Source of the DNA: Felis catus
Taxonomy: Eukaryota
DNA length: 64,000 nt
Assembly (NCBI RefSeq): GCF_018350175.1
Contig: NC_058368.1
Coordinates: forward strand, 134,480,001 to 134,544,000
Reading direction: 5' to 3'
Shown here: in pieces, positions 1 through 9,730 of the stretch
How the letters are laid out: each line of letters begins with the position of its first letter
Position numbering within the stretch: the first letter of the stretch is position 1
Notes under the pieces: model-generated
Databases searched by the model: none
What the model saw: the letters and a program-made list of their open reading frames with translations, nothing else
Told to the model about the DNA's origin: nothing
Position numbers and translations under genes: made by a program

Positions 1-169
1 ACATGACACAGATTGGAAGTAGCATCAGATACAATTGGTGGATTTTGGCTCTGTTAACACTAGAAGACAGGCTCTTCCTAATTCTAAACTTCCATGCATT
101 GAAATGACTGGTTAGCCTAGAAACGTGGTTATAACGTTTGACTCATTTTTTAAAAGCAAGTACTTTCTT

Positions 170-391
170 TTTTTTAAAAAAAATTTTTTTAACGTTTATT
201 TATTTTTGAGACAGGTAGAGACAGCATGAACGGGGGAGGGTCAGAGAGAGAGGGAGACACAGAATCCCAAACAGGCTCCAGGCTCTGAGCTGTCAGCCCA
301 GAGCCCGACGCGGGGCTTGAACTAACGGACCACGAGATCGTGACCTGAGCCGAAGTCGGACGCTTAACCGACTGAGCCACCCAGGCGCCCC
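170..391 (-). mobile_element. Can-SINE (SINEC_Fc-like), full length
   Basis: tRNA-like head GGGGCGCCTGGGTGGCTCAGTCGGTTAAG on minus strand, CT-rich body, A-rich tail; perfect 17-bp TSD aaagcaagtactttctt at 153-169 and 392-408. Confidence 0.97.
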
Positions 392-894
392 AAAGCAAGT
401 ACTTTCTTATTGGCTTCTCTCTTTCTCTGTATAAAATCCAGATTCCCTTAGCATACTTTATCGTTTGCTCTCATAATTCACAGTAAACATGAGGAAGTCA
501 ACTGTTCTACATGTTGCTACCTAATACTAAGGAGAATAACCCTGGTGAACACCTCTTGCTGTAGCCAAAACCACATGCCCATTACCTGGTACCTAGAGAG
601 CAGTGAGAGAGGAAGAAATGCATTAGTGGGGATGAGTATTCCTCCAAGGGTGTGCAAAACCACAGGCAGGAAACAGGGAGCCCAAACATTTCTATTTGCT
701 GCAGAGGAAGTGGCTCACATCAGTCCATCATCTTTTCCCTGGCTGACCTCCAATTACCCTCTCTTCCTCGGGCCATCGCAGGAGGGGAGGGGCCACAGGG
801 AAGGAAGGCCTAAGGAGATTGCTGGAGGGCTCATTTGCACAGGTCCCAAAGCCTCCTGGGTGATATTAACAATAACCATCATTTATGAATATTT

Positions 895-1102
895 TTTTAA
901 AGTTTATTTATTTTGAGAGAGACAGAGACAGCATGAATTGGGGGAGGGGCAGAGAGCAAGGGAGAGAGAGAGAATCCCAAGTAAGCTCTGTGCTGTGAAC
1001 ACAGAGCCCAATGCGGGGATTGAACTCAAGCCCTGTGAGATCATGACATGAGCCGAAACCAAGAGTCAGATGCTTAACTGACTGAGCCACCCGGGTGCCC
1101 CC
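895..1102 (-). mobile_element. Can-SINE
   Basis: SINE head/body/tail; TSD tcatttatgaatattt at 879-894 and 1103-1118. Confidence 0.95.
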
Positions 1103-1456
1103 TCATTTATGAATATTTGATGTGTGCCACTCCCGGAGCGACATGCTCTCTGTATGTTGTCTACTCCTTATAAGGCCCCTTAGAGGGGAGCTCTAATTTT
1201 TAAAAATCATTTATGGGTTTATTTTGTCTCTCCTAAACACATTAGCCATTCATTATTTAAATATTTAATTTGTTACAAACTGATTCCAGTTTCTTCCCAC
1301 CCGACTTACATGTACCTTGGTGATAGCAGGTTGTAAATCAGTAAGACAGTAGGCTGAAGACTGAGGTTTGGGTGATCTTCCACTTAAAAGTGCTAACAAG
1401 CTGTAGAACCTGATCTTCCTGTACTTCTCCATATCCGAACACATGCACAACTTCTT

Positions 1457-1681
1457 TTTCTATAATTTTTTTTAATGTTTGTTTATTTTTGAGAGAGAGA
1501 GACAAGGGTGTGAGCAGGGGAGGGGCAGAGAGAAAGAAGGAGAGGGAGACAGAATCCAAAGCAGGCTCCAGGCTCTGAGCTGTCAGCACAGAGCCCGACC
1601 TGGGGCTCAAACTCAAGAAATGTGAGATCATGACCCGGGCCAAAGTCAGATGCTTAACTGACTGAGCCACCCAGGTGCCCC
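1457..1681 (-). mobile_element. Can-SINE (SINEC_Fc-like)
   Basis: TSD tgcacaacttctt at 1444-1456 and 1682-1694. Confidence 0.96.
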
Positions 1682-1694
1682 TGCACAACTTCTT

Positions 1695-1815
1695 ACAGAC
1701 TAGGAAACTGAGGCTTGGAGATGTTAAGTAACATGCCTCAAATCACATAGCTGGCACTTGCTAGAGTGCAGATGTGAGTACCAGGACTGTCTGACCTCAC
1801 AGCCTTACCCTTTGT
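1695..1815 (-). mobile_element. MIR fragment
   Basis: Resembles MIR core: ggaaactgaggcttggagatgttaagtaacatgcctcaaatcacatagct. Confidence 0.8.
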
Positions 1816-2069
1816 CATTGCATTATGTTAGTCACATAGAAAATTAGCAGTTAGTCTCCTCTGGTCCAACCTTTTATAGAATGCACATATGTCCTTGATG
1901 TGCACCCAGGACTGGGTCATCTCTGTACTGTAGCCTCCAGTAAGGGTGCAGCACCAGAGAGCCTGGTGTTTCTTAAACTGGGAACACTTCCCACCAAAGC
2001 ATATACATTCTTATCAGCCATTAGTAGCCAGAAGACTGTCATGGCTGTAGTCTAAACATGCCTCCTTTT

Positions 2070-2274
2070 CTTTTTCTTTTTTTAAGTTCGTTTATTTTGA
2101 GAGACAGAGTGAGCAGGGGAGGGGCAGAGGGCGAGGGGGAGAGAGATTCCGAAGCAGGCTCCACACTATCAACGCAGAGCCCGACACCAGGTTCAAACTC
2201 ACGAAATGTGAGATCATGACCTGAGTCGAAACCGAGAGTCGGTTGCTCTACTTACTGAGCCACCCAGGTGCCCC
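2070..2274 (-). mobile_element. Can-SINE
   Basis: SINE sequence; TSD aaacatgcct(c/t)ctttt near 2054 and 2276. Confidence 0.94.
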
Positions 2275-2619
2275 AAAACATGCCTTCTTTTCTGGACAGT
2301 TATACTTAAAAGGTTGAAAGAGAAATTCTATTTTTGTGCAAAACAAATATAACATGGGATTAGTTGCAACACCGTTCTTTGTTTTAAGGTAAAATACGAG
2401 ACCTCTACAAATGAGCGCTTGAATTGAACAACTATATGCTGCAAGACTAGAAGCTGCCAGTTCCACCCCCATCCCAGCTGCCATGGCCACCAACACCACT
2501 AGGGTTCAAGTTCTTTCTTCTGCCTCTAGAAAGATTTCCAAGCAGAAGTGTGAGAAGAGCCGGTTTAGTGAACTAAGTATATTCTTGGGAACTTGAGTCC
2601 AAGGCCCCCACCCTATTGA

Positions 2620-2780
2620 TTCTACTAATCTGCCATCAGCCTAGTGTTGGTCGAGCTCCTTAGCCTCTTAGATTCCCATTCCTTATCCATAAAATGGGAA
2701 TGACTGTGCCAACTTCGCAGAATTGTTAGAATTAAATGAAATGAGTGCACAGTGTCCAGCACGGCCCTTAACATCATAAA
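2620..2780 (+). mobile_element. MIR fragment
   Basis: ccttatccataaaatgggaatga...gaattaaatgaaatgag resembles the MIR core and 3' part. Confidence 0.7.
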
Positions 2781-2888
2781 TCACCGATAGTCTCCTTCCC
2801 ACCCTTCCTTGAAATCCATCCCCCTCGGAATTCATTCTCCTGGCATCACAGAGGCTCCCACTTGGGATCTGAGAACAGGCAGGACATT

Positions 2889-3232
2889 GGGACCCCTAAG
2901 TGGCTCAGTTGATAGAGAGTCCAACTCTTGGTTTTGGCTCAGGTCATGATCTCACTTTCTGTGGGATGGAACCCCATATTGGGCTCCACACTGACAGAAT
3001 AGAGCCTTCTCTCCCTCTCCCTCCTTCCCTCCCTCTCTCTCCCCCTCTCTCTCCCCCTCTCTCTCCCCCTCTCTCTCCCTCTCTCTCCCCCTCTCTCTCC
3101 CTCTCTCTCCCCCTCTCTCCCTCTCTCTCCCTCTCTCTCCCCCTCTCTCTCCCTCCTCCCCCACCAGCCCATCTCTCCCCTGCTCATCATGCCCACCTCT
3201 CTCTCTCTCTCATAATAAAAAAAATAACGAAA
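2889..3232 (+). mobile_element. Can-SINE with expanded CT tract
   Basis: Diverged SINE head at 2889, pure pyrimidine tract 3005-3162, A-rich tail ~3212-3232. Confidence 0.9.
3005..3162. repeat. Homopyrimidine (ctctctctcccc)-type tract
   Basis: 158 nt containing only C/T on the + strand. Confidence 0.95.
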
Positions 3233-3272
3233 AAGAGCCAGGTGCTTAACCAAATGAGCCACGCAGGTGTCC
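3233..3272 (-). mobile_element. Isolated Can-SINE 5' head fragment
   Basis: Reverse complement reads ggacacctgcgtggctcatttggttaagcacctggctctt. Confidence 0.75.
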
Positions 3273-5492
3273 TGGCACAGATAATTTTTCGTCCTCCACT
3301 TACACCACCCTTGATGAGATTCAGTTAATGAACAAATAGCTAGTGGGAGTCTGAAGCGCTGTCTGTATTTTCCCTGCTCACCTCTTTGGCCATGTAGGTT
3401 TTCTCACAAGACAGCTGGCCACCGTCCCACCTGTGAGACCTGCCTACTGGCTGTGCACCACAGAGCACCCATCTGTTTGCCTTGCCTCTCTTACTGTCCG
3501 CAGGAATCCGTAAGCAAAAGGCATCTTAGGTACCTGAATAGAAACACAAGGAAACCTAAAGCTGCCAGTGGGGTGTGGTGTCTCTAGAAAGATGACTTTA
3601 TCCTTTTAGTGGTGATTTGTAAATATGTACAGCTGGGACAAAGGAGTAGCTCTTGGAAGCTGGAAACACCACTCCTATTGGGAGCCATTGCAAACTGCTC
3701 AGGTTAGTTGTCCAGAGGCTTCCACTTTCTGATTCAGGATATGGGGATCTGTTGGCCATTGTCAGGAGTGTGGAAAGGGGTTTTGCAAGCATGGACCCAC
3801 ACCTCGTTAGCAGGTGCCTCTATCGGAAATTGCATCCAGATGCTGTGAGCTCTCCTTACACTGATAGAGGTGGCACAAGAAACTGTGTCCAGGTGGACCC
3901 CAGGCTGTGCTCCTGTCTCACAGCTGATAACACCTCTCTCTCTGAATCCCAAGGGATGGCTTATTGGGGTGGAGTTACAGGGTTGGTGAGTTGAAAACAA
4001 AACAAACATATTATTATGCTAATGGAATGTGAGAGGAAGGAGGTGAGTTTGGGAGCTGCCCTATGGGAGTCATTTGACAGCACAGTCACATGTGATACTT
4101 AGAGAAAGCATTTCCTTTTTGCTTAAGAAACAGCCAGTTACCCAGGTGGTGACTGGGTAAGGTTTCTCAGCCAGCACCTTTTTGACCTGATGCGGAAGCA
4201 AATAACAATGTTGGTCTCTTTGTTTCTTTCAACACCCGCCTAGCTCGCTGCCTGATCTAACTACCTCCTCTGTGTTCTTTTCCTTGGAGCACGGGGTCAG
4301 CACCCTTGGACTCCATGGTCAAAATCCAATGTCCTTGATGTCCACAGCTGGAATTGATAGGCCTTTTAGAATACTCCTGCGTGCATTTTGGTTTCTTGGC
4401 GTATTATAAATCCAGTAGAACGAACTGTTAAAAAGAAAAAAAAACTGCCCACAAATCCAAGAACCCTGGGAGACAAAGCAAGAGTCTGCCGTCAGCCAAG
4501 GCTATTACTTTGTTGCTTATGCTCCCAAAGTCCTCTTCCCTCTGCTTAATGAGCAAAACCTTCAAGACAGCCCTGTGGAAGGAGTGGATGCCACAGTTAC
4601 CATTACCTTCTTTTTATCCATAAAGTGAAAAGAGAGGGAGTAGAATGCTAGAGTTAGGAGGGCTGCTGCTTGCATTTGGGATTGGAATCCTCAGTCCTCC
4701 CGACAAGAGGGTGGACTTAACCTTTTAAGCTTTTTATCTCTAACCCAGCCCCTTATCTCCTGCATGTGGGCTTTTCTCTTAACTGTATCTGCCCACGTTC
4801 ACCTTCTCTTATTTATACATGTGCTTATTAAATCATACTTTAGAAGAGATGAGAGGCAAAAGGAGGACTTAAGAAGGGTAAATATTCCTATCATAAGTCA
4901 TTATGTCCTCACCAGCTGGAAAGGAAATAAAGAGACATTTAGAAGGTCTTTTTTTTTTTTTCACATGAGTTGAAAGAATGTCCCTATGTGGCTTGAATGG
5001 CAAGAAAAGGAAAATATTCCTCTTTCAATGGGTACTTCCTCTACTTTAAGTTGGCACGAAATGCTTCAATAACAGGTTGTACAGAATGTTACTTCAAAGA
5101 CCTGGATTTGGGCACCTTGGATACTCTGGCCACAAACTGTATCCAAAAATGATTTAACTTCCCCAGTCAGTGATGTGTACAAATGGCACACACACCACTA
5201 ACCACACATGCACACAGTGTATGAATTTCCACATTCCCGACTGTTTGTTCCAGCCAGAGAATTTTTGTTTTCACAGCTTAAAAAAAAAAAAAGAAAAGAA
5301 AAGAAAATCAAGTTTGTAGAAGCTTATCTATAAAAATGCCAAAGGAAGAATGAAAATCATATGCTTTTAAAGGCAGCGTCTCAAGTACTTTGCTGAAATC
5401 TGTGATCTTCCATGCTTTCTGTCCTCAGAGATAACCAGGAATCCTGTAGATGTAGAGGGGAAAGGATGTGATAGGAGAGTCCCTGGTCCTCT

Positions 5493-5724
5493 CTTTTTTT
5501 TTTTTTAATTTTTTTAATGTTTATTTATTTTTGACAGAGAGAGAGAGACACACAGAGCACAAGCAGGGGAGGGGCAGAGAGAGAGGGAGACACAGAATCC
5601 GAAGCAGGCTCCAGGCTCTGAGCTGACAGCACAGAGCCCGAAGCGGGGCTCGAACTCATGGGCTGTGAGAGAGTGACCTGAGCCGAAGTCAGGCGCTCAA
5701 CCAACTGAGCCACCCAGGCGCCCC
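5493..5724 (-). mobile_element. Can-SINE (SINEC_Fc-like)
   Basis: TSD agtcc(c/t)tggtcct at 5478-5490 and 5725-5737. Confidence 0.96.
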
Positions 5725-7254
5725 AGTCCTTGGTCCTTCTTTAGAATGGTTTTGAAGTACCTAAATCTTTAGAACGAAAGGCATTTTCAGCTAGTTCTTA
5801 TGAGCAGAGCATTTATGCAGCGCATAATAATTTTCTAGATGATTGTTGCTCTATGTTCAGCTGCTGGGATTCTTGGAAAAGAAAGAAGGCATTCCCAGCA
5901 CAATGAATTCCCTGTTAGCATGACTGAGCCTAGGAAGGAAAATATTTTTTTTTCAGTTTAGTGCATTAATAGACTCACAAAAAGATTTACTGGGGACATG
6001 GAGTGGTAGGAAGGTAATAGTCTGCATCACAGTTTTTATTTTGATAAGTCCCTGGTGTGAATTCCCGCGTTTGAGCCAGCTTCTCGACGACAGAATTAAC
6101 ACATTCTCTCCTGTTCTTGTCAAAGCACAATTTGATCAAAATGCAAAGGAAACTTCACTGCCTTTTCTGGAAATTGCTACACATGGGATAAAGTGGGTTT
6201 AATGATAAGGTATTTGCCAGCCTTAAGAATTTTCTGTTGATGCTAACTAGGCAGGTCTTATATATGCCACTGCTTAGGAGTCCCTATATTGGGTGAAGTT
6301 TAGAAAACCTTTTATTGACCAGTGGGCTATCAAAAACCTGCATCGAGCATTTATCAGAAGCATAACTTAGGAATGCCCTGGATACTAGGGGGTAATTAAG
6401 GCTTTCTGTAAATCTTGATCTGAATGGTAAATATTTAACTTGGAGCCTATATATACCATGTGAGCCCTTGTCCTTTTTCATTTGAATGGACATTATGATT
6501 ATTCAAGGGGAAGATAGAGATTTGAATCCTACCATAGCATAGGAAATGTGATAATTAGAGAAGTATGTCAGCCATATAGGCATCCAGCACTCCTCATTTT
6601 TTTTCAGATGAACAGCAGTGTTGACAGGTGTTAAGTCATGACAGGTGTTATTGCCATAACATGAGTGGCAATAATCTCTGCTTGGCAGAGATTAATTAAA
6701 GCAGAAATCATGACTTAGCTAAATATGGGAGCACAGAATTGAGAACCACTGATACTACACAAAAGATTCTCCTTTCCTATTGCCTCCAAGGGCATAGTAC
6801 CACATATTGAGTAGTCTAATTCAGGTCAATAAAACACTCCTATCATGTGATTTTTGAAGGAAGTATTGGGTTTTCAATATCAATATGTCATCTCTTTAAA
6901 TTATTTCAAATTGTTTTTGGAATAATTTACCCACTGTTGTTCTTATGAATACTGGCAGAGTCCTAAAAAGAACGATTATCCTTCCTCCTTTCAAATAGTC
7001 CCTTTTTCATAGTATCTGGCATTCGAGATCAAAACTGAGCACACTGGGAAGTTTGACAATAGAAACAATATTAATAGACAACTGAGAAGAAACATCAACC
7101 ATCAATATTGGGCCAGACTTTAAAATATGGTTTAAAAAGGAGTGATATTAACAATCAAATGTTTTAAGTAACTCCTCTTTGCCATTGAGCTTGAGCTTAA
7201 AGAAATCACCAGAGGTGATTTGTGGTCTTGTGGTCTTCAGAGACTTGCTTTATT

Positions 7255-7345
7255 GTCTTGGTTTTACAGAAGAGAGCTCAGCTTCAGAAAAGTTAAGTGA
7301 CTCGCCGAAGGGGCTGGAGAGGAAAGTTGGTCTCCAGTACAGAAG
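7255..7345 (-). mobile_element. MIR fragment
   Basis: ttttacagaagagagctcagcttcagaaaagttaagtgactcgcc resembles MIR core. Confidence 0.65.
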
Positions 7346-8425
7346 CATTTCTTAAGTGGTTGACTTTCTGCTTCTCTGTTTATCCTTCTCTGAAATCTGT
7401 CCTGGGTTTTCCTTGGCGTGATTCCTCTTACCATCTAGGGAATTCCAATTGTTTGAGTGGGAGCTGAAAGACAACATGTCCAACATCTAGTTTTCAGTAG
7501 AATTTAGGTACACACATAAACAGGACACATACCCTATCCCCAAATGAGCAGAACTAAAAATGCTTTATGTTGCCATATGATATAAGGTATTATAATCACC
7601 ACATGTCTTTATTTACCAAGATGCCATCAAATGTAGAACATCACTGATGAAACAACTTCTCAGGGGGAAAAAAAAGTAAATTTTACATTAAATCCATATA
7701 TCAACAAAAGGCCTTCCATTATAAGCAATGTGAAAATATGAACCTCATATATGTTATATGAAGGAAAATAAGAAATTACTGTTACATTTTCCTACTGAAA
7801 TATGTATTCTTTTCAAATGTATTTAATTTTCAGAGTGGACAGAAAATCGATAAAATTCTCTGTAATATTATTGCATTTCTGAAAACAAATAACTTTGAAA
7901 CCTAAGTACATTCCTTGCCTTTAAAAATAAGAAAGCAGAATTTGGTTTATCACCTTTCAGCAGGCAGAGATTTCTTCTAACTCAAAAATGTTATTGTTTT
8001 ATTAGAATTAAGAAAATAAAAATGTTCCAGTTGACATAACTAATTAGTAAAACACTGGTACCATTACTCTTACCCCAAGAAATAAAGAAATAAAGAAATA
8101 AAAAAAGTCAGTGGTCAAATGGAATGGGGCTGGGAGAGAGTAGTTGATAGCAACTGAATCACTTTCTTCAGACCCATTATTTTTAACTCATTTTACATAA
8201 CTAACAGGCTGTTTTGCTTACTAACCCCTTAAGAATTTTAAGGATTTGCCAAGAGTTGACAGAAATCACCATCAGCCACCAGTGATCGGTTCTGTGATGG
8301 GTTCATTTTGATCTTGAAAATACCAGGATTTTATTGATGTAAATTACTGGTAGTCTTTGTAAAATCACATGCAAGCTCAACAAAGAGACTGAAAATAATA
8401 ATAAAATGTTTAAAAAGGCAACAGA

Positions 8426-8636
8426 GGGGCGCCTGGGTGGCGCAGTTGGTTGGGCGTCCGACTTCAGCCAGGTCACGATCTCGCGGTCCGTGAGTTCGAG
8501 CCCCGCGTCGGGCTCTGGGCTGATGGCTCAGAGCCTGGAGCCTGTTTCCGATTCTGTGTCTCCCTCTCTCTCTGCCCCTCCCCCGTTCATGCTCTGTCTC
8601 TCTCTGTCCCAAAAATAAATAAATGTTGAAAAAAAA

Positions 8637-8678
<42 letters not shown>
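8426..8678 (+). mobile_element. Very young SINEC_Fc-like SINE
   Basis: CpGs intact, A37 run at 8642-8678, perfect 15-bp TSD taaaaaggcaacaga at 8411-8425 and 8679-8693. Confidence 0.98.
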
Positions 8679-8680
<2 letters not shown>

Positions 8681-9589
8681 AAAAGGCAACAGAAGGCCCA
8701 TAGGTTGCTGAGCTTTTTGAACAAACTGGAGATAAATTTGGGGAAGAACTCATTGTACCCGCTACCTAAAAGGCTTTTGCTTGATAAGCAGGCTTACTGC
8801 AAGCCTGAGATGGGAAAAGTGCATGTGCCCCCCCCCCCGTACCCTCTGGGGGTTCAGCCCAGCTAAAATGACAAGTTCTCTACTCTCTATTGAGATATTA
8901 AATCTGACCTCAGAATTGCAAACCTGGGGCCCTAGCTTCATATTGGCCATGTTTCCTGGAACAAAATCAAAGAGTCATTCGGTTCTAGTTTGAAGCTTAA
9001 TAGCATGCTGACAACATTCAGATCCTGTTCACTACTGAGAAAGACTGTGGTAGGGTAGATGGGGAGCAAAATGAAAAAAGAAAGAAGACAACTTTGCCCC
9101 ATCCTGGTGCCTACGTGGTATAACCAAGCATATGGAAAGCTGGAATTCTCACTAGCCAAAACAGAAAAAGAGAGAAAAATATGATACCATCAGAATAAAC
9201 CCGATCTTCTCATGGTAGAAAATGCTTTTCGTTTTGTTTTGCAGGGTTTGAGCAAAGTCTGTTAAAGGGAGAGGCCTTGGGCATATTTGTTCAAAGTGCT
9301 ACGAGCCAGAGAAACTTTGTGCAAGATAGATCAGTAGTTTCTGGCTTAAAAATGGCTGGAAAGGTCCAGGTTTTAGCAGAGCTTCAAAGCAAAAGAATGA
9401 TTTAGTGATCCAGCCTGACAGGGGAATGTAGAAGTTTGTCTTCTAGTGATTCATCACTTACTCACGGGGAAATTGGGACCATTTTCTTAGTCTTCTTGGG
9501 ACTGTATTTGTTATTTTTCTTTTTTGGCAAATGACTTGCAGTGGCTCCTACAGGGGAAGTGTAGAAGATGAGAGGTAAGGAGTCCTCTG

Positions 9590-9730
9590 GTCTTGACCCC
9601 TTTCTGTCATGACCCGTAGACGACTTGGTGACTGACTGTTTCTGAGCCTCAGTTTTATTGTAGATCAAAGGAGGGATCTAAATACACTCTCTTTAAGTTT
9701 CTCTGCTGTTCTAAAGGCCCGGTTCTTTGA
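9590..9730 (+). mobile_element. MIR/MIR3-like fragment
   Basis: tttctgagcctcagtttt...ctgttctaaa...ttctttga resembles MIR3. Confidence 0.55.

Noticed and set aside
2900..3328. Pro/Ser/Leu-rich and Glu/Arg/Gly-rich ORFs
   Set aside because: Artefacts of the CT microsatellite inside a SINE
7595..7775. Possible MER104-like remnant
   Set aside because: Similarity too weak to support by eye
8426..8500. tRNA-like A and B boxes
   Set aside because: Head of a tRNA-derived SINE followed by SINE body, tail and TSD; not a tRNA gene
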